Shown here: piece after piece, positions 1 through 10,196 of the stretch
Layout of the letters: each line of letters opens with the position of its first letter
How positions within the stretch are numbered: the first letter of the stretch is position 1
Origin: an uncultured Anaerolineales bacterium
GTDB lineage: Bacteria > Chloroflexota > Anaerolineae > UBA7937 > B3-Chlor
Direction of reading: 5' to 3'
Assembly: GCA_964577995.1 (NCBI GenBank)
Contig: CAZOBP010000004.1
Location: 1-46,678, forward strand
Length of the DNA: 46,678 nt
Program-made: the position numbers and the translations under genes
Notes under the pieces: generated by a model
What the model saw: the letters and a program-made list of their open reading frames with translations, nothing else
Databases searched by the model: none
Told to the model about the DNA's origin: nothing

Positions 1-131
1 AACGGCAGTTGGTGTAGCCCCATGCCCACCGCCGTCCAACTGAGTACGACGACGATCACTCCGAGAGCCACGTTCTGGCTAATCATCGTCCAGTCCATTC
101 CCCGCCTTCCAGTCTTGGCACCTTTGGGCAT
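1..131 (-). CDS. Partial (runs off left edge) probable membrane protein
   Basis: ATG at 131 on minus strand with AGGAGG upstream; reads MPKGAKTGRRGMDWTMISQNVALGVIVVVLSWTAVGMGLHQLP, with a hydrophobic segment. Not in the ORF track because it is truncated. Confidence 0.5.
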   Translation of the reverse strand, partial: MPKGAKTGRRGMDWTMISQNVALGVIVVVLSWTAVGMGLHQLP

Positions 132-400
132 CCCCTCACTCCTCCTATCCAGTCGCCACCAGGATGATCCATACGCAACGGGAGATCCACACACCCGTAT
201 CGACAATCGAACCGTCGCCAGTTCGCTCTTCCTCCCCTCAGCTCAAGTCACATCCGGATGGAGCCCACTCAAAGAACGCCCGCCTCCGGCCCTCAGAATG
301 CCGGTCCCGAGCTGGTAAGCGACGTCACTGGCACGTCCCTCGCAGTTCCTCAACAGACCACCCGCGAAGATGGCCCGAGGAGCCGAACTGTGGTAAACTG

Positions 401-1021
401 TCACTTGAAAAAAGGGTTGAGTTGTTTCTCGCGTCCTACGGTGGTCGGCGCACCATGGCCCGTGTATGCGACCGTGTCATCGGGCATGGTGAAGAGCCGG
501 GTCTGGATGCTTTGCATCAGAGTCTCCCAGCTCCCTCCGGGCAGATCGACTCGCCCCACCCCCATGGCAAAGAGGGTGTCTCCGCAGAAGACCATGCCGT
601 CACCAACGAGGGAGATGCCACCCAGGCTGTGCCCCGGCGTATGGATGACCTGAAGGCTGTGATCCCCGAAGGAGATCTCGTCACCCTCAGTGAGCAGCAC
701 GTCGGCGGCCGGACCAGGAGACAGAACGCCAAGCATGCGGGCGTAGCTCCCTTGATCCGTCACCAGCCACTCCGCGTCATCCTTGTGAATCGCTATCTCT
801 GCACCTGTAGCCTCTTTCACAGGGCGGTTGGCCGCGATGTGATCTATGTGCCCGTGAGTATTGACGATGTGTTTGATAGTCAGTCCAAGCTGTCCAACAC
901 GATCGAGAATCAGCGGCGCATCTCCGCCGGGGTCGATGATGATCCCTTCTTTGGTGTCCTCGCAACCTACCAGGTAACAGTTGCACTCAAACATGCCCAC
1001 GACCAGTCTTTCGACTATCAT
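401..1021 (-). CDS. MBL-fold metallo-hydrolase (glyoxalase II/YcbL-like)
   Basis: THGHIDH (HxHxDH), HTPGHS, GDTLF and TGHG motifs. Confidence 0.92.
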   Translation of the reverse strand: MIVERLVVGMFECNCYLVGCEDTKEGIIIDPGGDAPLILDRVGQLGLTIKHIVNTHGHIDHIAANRPVKEATGAEIAIHKDDAEWLVTDQGSYARMLGVLSPGPAADVLLTEGDEISFGDHSLQVIHTPGHSLGGISLVGDGMVFCGDTLFAMGVGRVDLPGGSWETLMQSIQTRLFTMPDDTVAYTGHGAPTTVGREKQLNPFFK

Positions 1022-1054
1022 TCACCCATCCTTAGCTACGAACGTAATGAAAAC

Positions 1055-1083
1055 ATTCTACGTTCTTGTCCAGAGTTTGTCAA
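1055..1083 (-). promoter_or_regulatory. sigma70-type promoter for the MBL hydrolase
   Basis: TTGACA-17 nt-TAGAAT on minus strand, 33 nt upstream of the ATG. Confidence 0.7.
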
Positions 1084-1238
1084 CCCTCTCGTGACCGCGC
1101 TTGCCAACAACGGTCACCACGGCCAGAATCAGTGGCGCCCGGAGGGGACCACAGACCGGCGCGCAGGCCCCGGAGCCAAGAGTGGCTCTCGAGGTGTCCC
1201 GTCGGCCCCTCACGCCGCTCAAGAAGGAGAATCGTGAC

Positions 1239-2942
1239 GTGCGACTATCCAAGATCTTCGGCAACACTCTTCGGGAGGCTCCTGCGGAGACGCAGATGAC
1301 AAGCCACCGGCTCCTCCTGCGCGCGGGAATGATCCGCCAGGTGGCAACCGGGATCTACAGCTACCTGCCCGTGGGCTGGAGGGTGCTCCGAAAGATCGAA
1401 GGTGTCCTGAGAGAAGAAATGGACGCCATCGGAGGCCAGGAGATACGCATGCCTTCTGTCCAGCCTGCCGAACTGTGGGAGGAGACAGGTCGCTACACCG
1501 AGGCTGGGCCGGTGCTGGCCCGTTTCCGTGACAGGACTGGTCGCCAGCTCGTGCTGGGGATAACCCACGAGGAGGTGGTCACCGACCTCGCCCGGCGCGA
1601 GATACACTCGTACCGCCAACTGCCCTTCATGGTCTATCAGATCCAGACCAAGTTCCGCGACGAACCACGCTCCAGAGGAGGACTGATCAGGGCACGCGAG
1701 TTCACCATGAAAGACGGCTACAGCTTCCACGCTGACCAGGCTGATCTAGACTCCTTCTACCCCCGTGTGTACCAGGCATATCTCAACGTCTTCCAACGCT
1801 GCGGCGTGAGAGTCGTCCCCGTCGAGGCGGATCCGGGCTTGATGGGCGGGGCTGCCTCCCACGAGTTCATGGCCTTGAACGACGCTGGTGCGGACACCTT
1901 GATTTCGTGTAGCGAGTGTGGATACGCGGCCAACGCGGACAGCGCTCAAGCCGAGAGGGACTCATCCACCACCGAGAAACCTGAGCGCCTCCAAGAGGTC
2001 GCCACCCCAGAGATGACTACCATCGAGGACGTAGCTGCCTACCTCGGTGTGAAGCCGGAGCAAACGCTCAAGGCCCTGTTCTACGCAGCCGGAGGCGAAG
2101 TGGTCTTCGTCGTCATTCGAGGAGATCTGGAGGTTAACGAGACAAAACTCGCCCATCTGTTGGGGGCCACCGAGCTGAGACTGGCCACCCAGGACGAGGT
2201 GGATGAGGCTGGAATAGTGGCAGGTTATGCATCGCCGGTAGGTTGCGGCGGGACATTCAGGACTGTGGCCGACGAATCCATAGAATGGGGCAGCAACTTC
2301 GTCGCTGGCGCCAACAAGGAGGGCCACCACCTGCGCAACGTCAACTACCCGCGCGACTTCGAGGTCGACGTATTGGGTGACATCGCCGCCGTGCAGGAAG
2401 GCGATACTTGCGGTCGTTGTGGAGGCGTACTGAAAGCAGCGAGAGGAATAGAACTGGGTCACATCTTCAAGCTAGGCACTAGGTACAGCGAGCTTCTCGG
2501 TGCCCGTTTCCTGGACCCCGAGGGTGCGAGTCTCCCCCTGGTCATGGGCTGCTATGGTATCGGCATAGGGCGACTCATGGCCACGGTGGTAGAGCAATCA
2601 CACGACGACCAGGGTATCATCTGGCCAGCCGCCATTGCTCCCTTCCAGATACACCTCATCGCCCTGGGCACCGAGAGACAGGCCTTGGAAACGGCGGAAT
2701 CGTCGTATGAGGATCTGAGCGGAAGAGGCTATGAGATCCTCTACGACGACAGAGATGAAAGCGCAGGAGTCAAGTTCAACGATGCCGATCTCATCGGCAT
2801 TCCACTTCGACTGACCATCAGTCCTCGCAGCCTCAGTGCGGGAGGCGTTGAAGCCAAGCTCCGTTCTGCCACCCAGAAGGCGATCATTCCCCTGGGGAGC
2901 GTCGAGGGAGGAATCCAGGACCTGTTGGGACAAGCCGTGTAG
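1239..2942 (+). CDS. proS: Proline--tRNA ligase (bacterial type with INS editing domain)
   Basis: Start refined to GTG 1239 (AAGGAGA RBS; MRLSKIFGNTLRE). Motifs RAGMIRQ, LGITHEE, YQIQTKFRDEPR, REFTMKDGYSF, GIELGHIFKLG, MGCYGIGIGR, DADLIGIP. Confidence 0.97.
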   Translation: MRLSKIFGNTLREAPAETQMTSHRLLLRAGMIRQVATGIYSYLPVGWRVLRKIEGVLREEMDAIGGQEIRMPSVQPAELWEETGRYTEAGPVLARFRDRTGRQLVLGITHEEVVTDLARREIHSYRQLPFMVYQIQTKFRDEPRSRGGLIRAREFTMKDGYSFHADQADLDSFYPRVYQAYLNVFQRCGVRVVPVEADPGLMGGAASHEFMALNDAGADTLISCSECGYAANADSAQAERDSSTTEKPERLQEVATPEMTTIEDVAAYLGVKPEQTLKALFYAAGGEVVFVVIRGDLEVNETKLAHLLGATELRLATQDEVDEAGIVAGYASPVGCGGTFRTVADESIEWGSNFVAGANKEGHHLRNVNYPRDFEVDVLGDIAAVQEGDTCGRCGGVLKAARGIELGHIFKLGTRYSELLGARFLDPEGASLPLVMGCYGIGIGRLMATVVEQSHDDQGIIWPAAIAPFQIHLIALGTERQALETAESSYEDLSGRGYEILYDDRDESAGVKFNDADLIGIPLRLTISPRSLSAGGVEAKLRSATQKAIIPLGSVEGGIQDLLGQAV

Positions 2943-3327
2943 CAACTTGCGCACAGGGATAGCGCAGCAGCCTGTCGCATACCGTCTACCCGGCGAACCT
3001 CGTACCCCAGCCAAGAGACCTACGAGCGGATGGCTTCAGGTCTCTCACAGACACGTGCAACGATCTGCACTGCGATCCATCCGCGACAATGGGGATCGGA
3101 CCGCCTCATCGCCAGACAGGTGGCCTTCACGCACGACTGTAATAACACAGTCCAGAGGTCGCCGCAGGGTGTCTTGTCGACACCCTCCAGGTTCCTCGCG
3201 CCGCCGGACGCAATCCTGCGCAGACGGTGGGTCGTATCCCAGCCCGGCCTGAGCTCTCTTGAAGGAGAAAGCGAGGGATTCCAGCGAAGGCGCTCCTATC
3301 GGTCTGCAAGATTCTCCCGCCAAGGTC

Positions 3328-3356
3328 TTGCGGAATCCCGGGAAATGTGCTATAAT
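3328..3356 (+). promoter_or_regulatory. sigma70 promoter of the nusA-infB operon
   Basis: TTGCGG-17 nt-TATAAT with extended -10 TG. Confidence 0.75.
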
Positions 3357-3381
3357 AACAAACAAGTCGTCCTCCCCTCGA

Positions 3382-3410
3382 AAAAGTGGGCATGCCCCAC
3401 TTTTCTTATT
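3382..3410 (+). terminator. rimP/nusA-leader-type attenuator hairpin
   Basis: AAAAGTGGG-CATGC-CCCACTTTT followed by CTTATT, 25 nt after the -10 box. Resembles the conserved GTGGG...CCCAC terminator-like leader of rimP-nusA-infB operons. Confidence 0.7.
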
Positions 3411-3501
3411 GTGGATGGCTGAGGGAGTCGGCAGTATCCTCAGCGGCGACGACTGGGCCAGTCTCAGTCCGGTGAACCGTGGGTCAAAGGACCAACTGGA
3501 G

Positions 3502-5319
3502 ATGAAGACCGATTTCATCAGGGCAATCAATCAAGTCTGTGCCGAGCGCGGGCTCACTGTCGAGGTCGTCCTTGAGCTCGTTGAACAGGCCCTGGCGTCC
3601 GCGTACAAGCGTGACTTCAGTCCCGCTCAGTACGTGGAGGCCAAGATCGATCCTACTACCGGTGAACTCACCATGTTCACCGGCAAGGAAGCGGTGGAAA
3701 CGATCGAGAGTCCCGAGAGTCAGATGGGCCTGGTGGAGGCTAGAGGGATCAAGCCTGATGCGGAGGTTGGTGAGATCGTCTACGTGGAGGCCAATCCGCC
3801 GGACTTCGGTCGGATCGCTGCGCAGACGGCGAAGCAGGTGATCCTCCAGCGCATCAGAGAAGCTGAGCGTGACGCACTGTACGATTCCTACGTCGGGCGA
3901 GAGGGCGAGATAGTTGGCGGTACCGTACACAGCATGGACTCCAGGGGCATCACCATCAACCTGGGGCGCATCGAAGCCCTCATTCCTCGCAGCCAGCAGG
4001 TGCCCAACGAGCGGTACTTCATCAGGCAGAAGCTCCGGGTGCTCATTCTGGAGGTGAACAAGACCAGTCGCGGGCCGGAGATCATCGCTTCACGCAGCCA
4101 CCCGGATATGCTTCGTCGTCTGCTCGAAGTGGAAGTGCCAGAGATCTACAACGGCTTGGTGGAGATCAAGGCCATCGCCCGTGAGGCAGGCTCTCGCACC
4201 AAGGTTGCCGTGGCAGCCGTTCAGCAGGGAATAGACCCCGTCGGCGCCTGCGTCGGGATGAGGGGTGTCAGGATCCAAAGCATCGTCAGCGAGCTCAACG
4301 GTGAGAAGATAGACGTGATCGGCTGGAGCCGCGACCATAAGGAGTTCATCGGCAAGTCCCTCAGCCCAGCCCGGCCTCTAGGGGTGCAACTCACTGAGGA
4401 CGATGAGGTGGGCAACACCGCCACCGTCATCGTTCCGGACAAGGAGCTATCCCTAGCCATCGGCAGGGAAGGCCAGAATGCGCGGCTGGCCGCCAAACTG
4501 ACGGGCTGGCGGATAGACATCATCGGCGCTACAGAAGCGGCGGAAAGAGCGCTGCGAAGAGCTCAAGAGGAGGCGGTTCGCGCGGCTGCGAGGGCAGAGA
4601 TTTCCGAGGACATGCCCCTCGAGCGGCTGGGGATCTCCACCCGGGTCCTGAATACTCTCGAAGGCGTAGGAGTAACCAGCCTCGTCGAACTACTGGACAA
4701 GATGGATGAGGGCACCGATGCTCTCAGCGACGTCCGAGGACTGGGACCCAAGTCACTTCAGGAGATAGATGATCTCCTCCAGCAGCGCGAAGTGCGTACC
4801 ATCCTCGGCCGGGAACTGAAGAGCGTCGAGGAGCCTCCGGAACCGGAAGAGGCCGAAGAGACACCAACCTCGATCGAGGAGGCGACCGCTCCTAAGGAGG
4901 CGGAACAGGAACCTATCGCCGTGGAATCCAGCGAAGAGGTATCACCGGCGATGGAGGTGGCGAAGGAGATCGCCCCATCCCCTCTCGTGGAGGAAGCCAC
5001 CCAAGAAGTGGAATCGGTTGAACCTCTGGTGGAGAGCATGGAAGAAGAGGTAGAGATTCAGCCACCACCTTCAGCGCCTCGGGTTGTTCCGCCACCTAGC
5101 GAGGAGTTGCTGTTCGGAGACAAGGAGCCGGAGCGCAAGAAGAGGAAGACCAAGAGACTGGTCTACGATGAGACCTTGGGTGAGGTCATCGCGCGCAAGG
5201 TGAGGAAGCCTGGTCGCCGTCGGGAAGACTGGGAGACAACCGCAGAGGATTGGAAATCCCAGTCCGAAGAGACCGAGATCACCGAAGACCGCGAAGAGCA
5301 AGATGAGTCGGAAGAGTAA
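3502..5319 (+). CDS. nusA: Transcription termination/antitermination factor NusA with long C-terminal extension
   Basis: Start refined to ATG 3502 (MKTDFIRAINQV). FGRIAAQTAKQVILQRIRE, S1 domain, KH domains (AREAGSRTKVAV, DPVGACVG, SLAIGREGQNARLAAKLTGWRIDI). Confidence 0.96.
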   Translation: MKTDFIRAINQVCAERGLTVEVVLELVEQALASAYKRDFSPAQYVEAKIDPTTGELTMFTGKEAVETIESPESQMGLVEARGIKPDAEVGEIVYVEANPPDFGRIAAQTAKQVILQRIREAERDALYDSYVGREGEIVGGTVHSMDSRGITINLGRIEALIPRSQQVPNERYFIRQKLRVLILEVNKTSRGPEIIASRSHPDMLRRLLEVEVPEIYNGLVEIKAIAREAGSRTKVAVAAVQQGIDPVGACVGMRGVRIQSIVSELNGEKIDVIGWSRDHKEFIGKSLSPARPLGVQLTEDDEVGNTATVIVPDKELSLAIGREGQNARLAAKLTGWRIDIIGATEAAERALRRAQEEAVRAAARAEISEDMPLERLGISTRVLNTLEGVGVTSLVELLDKMDEGTDALSDVRGLGPKSLQEIDDLLQQREVRTILGRELKSVEEPPEPEEAEETPTSIEEATAPKEAEQEPIAVESSEEVSPAMEVAKEIAPSPLVEEATQEVESVEPLVESMEEEVEIQPPPSAPRVVPPPSEELLFGDKEPERKKRKTKRLVYDETLGEVIARKVRKPGRRREDWETTAEDWKSQSEETEITEDREEQDESEE

Positions 5320-5632
5320 ACAGGGGCCTCGCAGGCACGTTCCGCAACGCACTTGTGTAGCTTGCCGCCGGGTCCATTCTGCCAGAGAATTGATGCGAAT
5401 CGTGCGCCTGCCTACAGGAGGCGTGGAGTTGGACGAGACGCACAAGAAGCCCGGACGAGGGGCCTATCTCTGCGAGAGTAGAGCGTGTTGGGAGACAGCT
5501 CTGACCAAGAAGCTCCTTGAACACGCGCTGAAAACCGAGATGGCACAAGAAGAGAAAGAGGCTTTGTGGCAGCGATGCCGTACGCTGCCAACGGAATCGG
5601 CCGAACAGAGCGCCGCTCTGGCTCGTGGATAG
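5303..5632 (+). CDS. ylxR: YlxR/RnpM family RNA-binding protein (DUF448)
   Basis: PQRTCVACR...GRGAYLC motif; position downstream of nusA. Confidence 0.93.
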   Translation: MSRKSKQGPRRHVPQRTCVACRRVHSARELMRIVRLPTGGVELDETHKKPGRGAYLCESRACWETALTKKLLEHALKTEMAQEEKEALWQRCRTLPTESAEQSAALARG

Positions 5633-5992
5633 TCACGAGCGGCGCCGATCCCATGGGGGCATGCTCTTCTCGCGGGGAATACAGCCGCTTTGGACTGCGA
5701 TTGAGTACATGGAGAGAGGAGTCGTGAAAGACTGGGAAGTACCTTGTGAATCAAGTCAGGGAGCGATGACGGTGAGTCCTTAGATTCGAGTGCCGAACTC
5801 AGGACCCCCCCTCGCAAGACGCCTCGATTCTTCCCTCGTTGGTTCATGGTACGGACCCTCCGTTGGCCCAAGCCTCGCAGCGCGCGTATCTCGTTCCCAA
5901 TGACGCTAGACTAATCGTCGCTTCGCAGGACAGCCGGTACCTGCTGCGAGAAGCTGGCGGTCGCAGCAGGGCTGTCAGAAGGGAGATGGAAC

Positions 5993-7795
5993 ATGGTGCA
6001 GGAGAACAAGGTAGTCAGCATACCCGACAAGCTGTCCGTCAGGGAGTTGGCGGATCTGCTCGACGTCAGCCCCATCGAGGTTATGAAGCTCCTGATCAGC
6101 AGCGGCATCATGGCCAACATCAACGAAACGGTTGACTACGATACCGCTGCCATCGTGGCTACCGATCTCGGCTTCGAGATACAACAGGAGCTCCCGCCGG
6201 AAGCCGAGGAGGCACCCGCAGCTCCAGCAGCGCCAGCCATCCCTGAAGAGGTGCCCCTGAGGGAGATGTACGCTCAGGAAGCACCCGAGGATCTGGAGCC
6301 GAGACCCCCTGTGGTCACTGTCATGGGACACGTTAACCACGGGAAGACCTCTCTGCTGGACTACATCAGGCACACCAATGTAGTTGCGGGCGAAGCGGGC
6401 GGTATAACGCAGCATACTGGCGCCTACCAGATCGAACACGCCGGCAAGAAGATCACTTTCATCGACACCCCCGGTCACGAGGCGTTCACCGCCATGCGTG
6501 CCCGTGGCGCGCAGGTGACCGACATCGCCGTCCTCGTCGTGGCCGCCGATGATGGTGTAATGCCCCAGACCAGAGAGGCCATCGACCACTCGCGTGCAGC
6601 AAACGTGCCCATATTAGTGGCTATCAACAAGATCGACTTGGAGCGCGCCGACGCTGAGCGGGTCAGGAAACAGCTCGCAGATCTGGGCTTGACTGTCGAG
6701 GACTGGGGGGGACACACTATCGCGGTACCCGTGTCCGCCAGGGATGGTACAGGTGTCGATACGCTTCTCGAGATGATCATTCTAGTGGCGGAGATGTCCA
6801 ACATCATCGCCAATCCCGATCGTCCCGCCGCCGGGACGGTTATCGAAGGCAAGCTGGATAGAAGCAGAGGGCCATCAGCAACTCTGTTGGTGCAGAACGG
6901 TACGCTTCGCGTCGGCGACTACATGCTGACAGGACGCCTCTATGGCCGCGTCCGCGCTATGTTCGACGATTCCGGGGCGACTGTGAAAGAGGCCCCACCC
7001 TCCTTCCCCGTTGTGGTTCTCGGTCTGTCAGACGTGCCTGAGGCGGGTGACGTCTTCACAGTCGTGCGCGACGACAAGACCGCGCGTGCCCTTGCTGCCG
7101 AGAAGGCAGAAGAGAGGAAGGCCGAAGAACTCGCCCCTGTCAGAGCCTTGAGCTTGGAGGACATCTACGCCCAGATGCAGGCAGGCGCGGTGAAGGAACT
7201 CAACGTCATATTGAAGGCCGATGTTCAGGGCGCTCTGGAACCAGTCATCAACTCGCTCGACGAGTTAGGCGATGAGGACCTGAAAGTCAGGATCATTCAC
7301 GACGGAATAGGGAATATTACCGAATCAGACGTCAGCCTGGCCATCGCGTCGCGGGCCATTGTAATCGGATTCAACGTCCAGGCCGAGCCCGCAGCTCGCA
7401 GCATGGCGGAGACCGAGGGCGTCGAGATCCGCAGGTATCAGATCATCTACAAGCTCATTGAGGATATCGACAAGGCCCTGAAGGGCCTCCTCGAACCCGT
7501 CTATGAAGACGTTGTCCTCGGACACGCAGAGGTCAGAGCCACGTTCCGGATATCCAGGGTGGGCCGGGTGGCAGGTGTCTACGTCGATGACGGAAGCGTG
7601 CAGAGAGATGCTCGGGTGAAAGTGCTCAGAAACGGTGAACAAGTGCACGAGGGTGGCATCGCGTCGCTGAAGCGCTTCGCCGAGGATGTCGACGAGGTGG
7701 TGGCGGGGATGGAATGCGGAGTCGGGGTGGAGAACTTCAACACCTTCGAAGAAGGAGACGTGCTCGAGATATACAGGAGAGAGCGAGTGGCTTGA
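5993..7795 (+). CDS. infB: Translation initiation factor IF-2 (short N-terminus)
   Basis: [55 protein letters not shown] motifs. Confidence 0.98.
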   Translation: MVQENKVVSIPDKLSVRELADLLDVSPIEVMKLLISSGIMANINETVDYDTAAIVATDLGFEIQQELPPEAEEAPAAPAAPAIPEEVPLREMYAQEAPEDLEPRPPVVTVMGHVNHGKTSLLDYIRHTNVVAGEAGGITQHTGAYQIEHAGKKITFIDTPGHEAFTAMRARGAQVTDIAVLVVAADDGVMPQTREAIDHSRAANVPILVAINKIDLERADAERVRKQLADLGLTVEDWGGHTIAVPVSARDGTGVDTLLEMIILVAEMSNIIANPDRPAAGTVIEGKLDRSRGPSATLLVQNGTLRVGDYMLTGRLYGRVRAMFDDSGATVKEAPPSFPVVVLGLSDVPEAGDVFTVVRDDKTARALAAEKAEERKAEELAPVRALSLEDIYAQMQAGAVKELNVILKADVQGALEPVINSLDELGDEDLKVRIIHDGIGNITESDVSLAIASRAIVIGFNVQAEPAARSMAETEGVEIRRYQIIYKLIEDIDKALKGLLEPVYEDVVLGHAEVRATFRISRVGRVAGVYVDDGSVQRDARVKVLRNGEQVHEGGIASLKRFAEDVDEVVAGMECGVGVENFNTFEEGDVLEIYRRERVA

Positions 7796-7852
7796 TGATC
7801 CCAAGCCGTTCAGTCCGCCACAACTGCTCCTCTCCTGGTAGGCTGTTGCGAG

Positions 7853-8218
7853 ATGCCAACGCGTAGACAGAGAAGAGTAAACGCCTTGCTCAGGGAGGCG
7901 CTCAGCGAACTGCTACAGAGGGAAGTCGCAGACCCAAGACTGGACTTCGTGACCGTCACCGGTGTGGACACCACTAGTGACCTCCGCCATGCGCACGTCT
8001 ATGTCACGTTCCTCAGCACCCCCGAAGACCGACAGGCAGGGCTGAAGGCTCTCACAAAGGCAGGCGGCTACCTGCGTCGCCAGCTAGGAGAGAGGGTCTA
8101 CCTGCGCTATGTGCCTGAGCTGACTTTCCATCTGGACCCGTCGATCGAGACTGGCCTGCGGATAGATCAGATCCTGGAAAGCCTGGAGAACCCTAGCGAG
8201 CAGAGTGACGAGGAATGA
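7853..8218 (+). CDS. rbfA: 30S ribosome-binding factor A
   Basis: RRQRRVNALLRE, DPRLDFVTVTGV, DLRHAHVYV, YVPELTFHLDPS. Confidence 0.95.
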   Translation: MPTRRQRRVNALLREALSELLQREVADPRLDFVTVTGVDTTSDLRHAHVYVTFLSTPEDRQAGLKALTKAGGYLRRQLGERVYLRYVPELTFHLDPSIETGLRIDQILESLENPSEQSDEE

Positions 8219-9189
8219 AAACAGAAGCAGGGCGGATGATCAGGACGGCGAACAAGGTGTTCCTCATAGCTCATGTGGATCCCGATGGAGATACCATTGG
8301 ATCCACCCTGGCCCTCGCCCACGCCCTGAGAAGCATGGGAAAGGACTGCTCTCTCGCGTGCAGTGATCCCGTGCCGGTTACACTCTCTTTTCTTCCGGGC
8401 GTCGAGTGGTTCGGTACGCCGCAAGTCGCAGATCACGATCTGATCATTGCCGTGGACGTCAGTGACCGCGGTCGCCTTGGCCCAGCCTACGGTCACGTGC
8501 TCGAGATGGACATACCGCTCCTGAACATCGATCATCACGTGACCAACACCGGATTCGGCACCATCAACCTGGTCAGCACCGATGCGGTAGCCACCAGCGA
8601 GATTATCTTTGACCTCCTCCTAGACTTGGACGTTCCACTTGACCAACTCCTGGCCACCTGCCTGCTCACTGGCATCGTTACCGACACGCGGTCCTTCAGT
8701 ACCTCCAGCACCACGCCTCGCGCACTGGAGGTGTCCTCCGAGTTGCTGAAGGCGGGGGCCTCGCTCATCGAGGTCAATGAGAACTACTACAAGAGCAAAT
8801 CGCTGGGCACCCTCCGTTTGTGGGGCAAGATGTTGGATCAGATGCAGCTCGAGGGTCGTCTCGTGTGGTCGGTGAACTCCCTGGAGATGAGAGAGCAGTG
8901 CCATGCCGATTTCGGCAACGGAGACGGCATAGTCAACCTGCTGGCTAGTGTCCGCGAGGCCTCGGCGGCGATAGTGTTCATTGAGAAAGAGAGCCAACGA
9001 ATCGAGATCAGCATCCGATCCCGACCCGGAGTAGACATCTCTTCCATCGCCGTCCACTTCGGCGGCGGAGGGCATCCCCAGGCCGCAGGCGCGATGCTAG
9101 AGGGGGATCTCGAACAGGTGATACCGAAAGTGCTGCGCAAAGCCCAGGCAGTGCTCGACTCTGAAGGCCAGGCGTGGCCACCCGGATAG
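8215..9189 (+). CDS. nrnA: DHH/DHHA1 oligoribonuclease / pAp phosphatase (NrnA-like)
   Basis: HVDPDGD, IDHH, TGIVTDT, SIRSR, GGGGHPQAAG. Confidence 0.9.
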   Translation: MKTEAGRMIRTANKVFLIAHVDPDGDTIGSTLALAHALRSMGKDCSLACSDPVPVTLSFLPGVEWFGTPQVADHDLIIAVDVSDRGRLGPAYGHVLEMDIPLLNIDHHVTNTGFGTINLVSTDAVATSEIIFDLLLDLDVPLDQLLATCLLTGIVTDTRSFSTSSTTPRALEVSSELLKAGASLIEVNENYYKSKSLGTLRLWGKMLDQMQLEGRLVWSVNSLEMREQCHADFGNGDGIVNLLASVREASAAIVFIEKESQRIEISIRSRPGVDISSIAVHFGGGGHPQAAGAMLEGDLEQVIPKVLRKAQAVLDSEGQAWPPG

Positions 9190-10196
9190 CCAAGATGACC
9201 ATCGAGCGTGCTGGCGCGGTCAGAGAACCGTGTCTGGCCTGCGCAGGAGAATCCAGAGGCGTGTCGGCTCGGGACGTCGAGCCAGCCCGGGCAGCCGCCG
9301 CTGGCATCCTCAACGTGGACAAGCCCGTGGGCCTTACCTCGCACGACGTCGTAGCCAGGACCCGCCAGGCATCCGGCCTGAGAAAGGTGGGCCATGCAGG
9401 CACGCTGGATCCAGCAGCCTCAGGTGTCCTGCTCGTCTGCCTCGGCCAAGCCACTCGGGTCACCGAATTCCTGATGAGGGGTCGGAAGCGCTACGACGCG
9501 GAGATACGGCTGGGTGTGACCACGGACACTGGCGACGGCGAAGGCAGAGTGACCCGACGGGTTCCAGAGTTCGATGTAGGCCAAGAAGATGTCCAGGAAG
9601 CACTGTCCCGGTTCAAAGGTCACATCCAACAGATACCCCCCATGCACTCTGCGCTGAAACACCAGGGCACAACCCTCTACCGTCTCGCCCGCCAGGGGAT
9701 CGAGGTGGAGCGAGAGCCCAGACCCGTAGAGATCTACGATCTGAGGCTCACCGATTGGACGCCTCCCACCTTTCGACTGCTGGTAGAGTGCTCAAAGGGC
9801 ACCTACATCCGCGCTCTTGCCACGGATCTCGGGGACGTTCTCGGGACCGGGGCACATCTGCAGCACCTGGTTCGTCTGGCTTGCGGGCCATACACACTGG
9901 AGGATGCAGTATCCCTGACCGAGGCGGTGCAATGCCTCACCGACGGTCAGTGGCAGCAAATCCTCCACCCTGTCGACGAGGCTCTGTTGGGTTTCGAAGC
10001 GGTAACGATGGACGGCGAAGCGGAGACCATGATCCGCCACGGGCAGCAGGTCCACGGCCCCGAACCGCTAGGTGCGCCCTTCTGCCGCGCTTACAGCTCC
10101 TCCTCCGGCAGGTTCGTCGCCTTGCTGCAGTACGATCGACAGAGTAAGACTTGGCAACCGAGAAAGGTATTCAATCTCGATGAAACCACTGCGTGA
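9174..10196 (+). CDS. truB: tRNA pseudouridine(55) synthase
   Basis: DKPVGLTSHDVV, KVGHAGTLDPAASGVL, QIPPMHSALK, CSKGTYIRALATDLG. Start could also be ATG 9195. Confidence 0.95.
   Translation: MATRIAKMTIERAGAVREPCLACAGESRGVSARDVEPARAAAAGILNVDKPVGLTSHDVVARTRQASGLRKVGHAGTLDPAASGVLLVCLGQATRVTEFLMRGRKRYDAEIRLGVTTDTGDGEGRVTRRVPEFDVGQEDVQEALSRFKGHIQQIPPMHSALKHQGTTLYRLARQGIEVEREPRPVEIYDLRLTDWTPPTFRLLVECSKGTYIRALATDLGDVLGTGAHLQHLVRLACGPYTLEDAVSLTEAVQCLTDGQWQQILHPVDEALLGFEAVTMDGEAETMIRHGQQVHGPEPLGAPFCRAYSSSSGRFVALLQYDRQSKTWQPRKVFNLDETTA

Noticed and set aside
141-400. Possible riboswitch upstream of the partial left-edge gene
   Set aside because: No recognisable consensus.
164-1237. 357-aa plus-strand ORF, and many other long antisense ORFs in the track (e.g. 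34685-35794, 45117-46487, 44046-45029, 13418-14338)
   Set aside because: They are shadows of well-supported genes on the opposite strand in a GC-rich genome and have no recognisable motifs.
1101-1238. Track N-terminal extensions of proS; likewise nusA (3259), ribF (10072), BTAD (41390) and flavin reductase (41364)
   Set aside because: Conserved N-termini and RBSs point to downstream starts; the nusA extension also spans its own promoter.
5633-5992. Possible ylxQ/L7Ae gene between ylxR and infB
   Set aside because: No open frame with L7Ae features.
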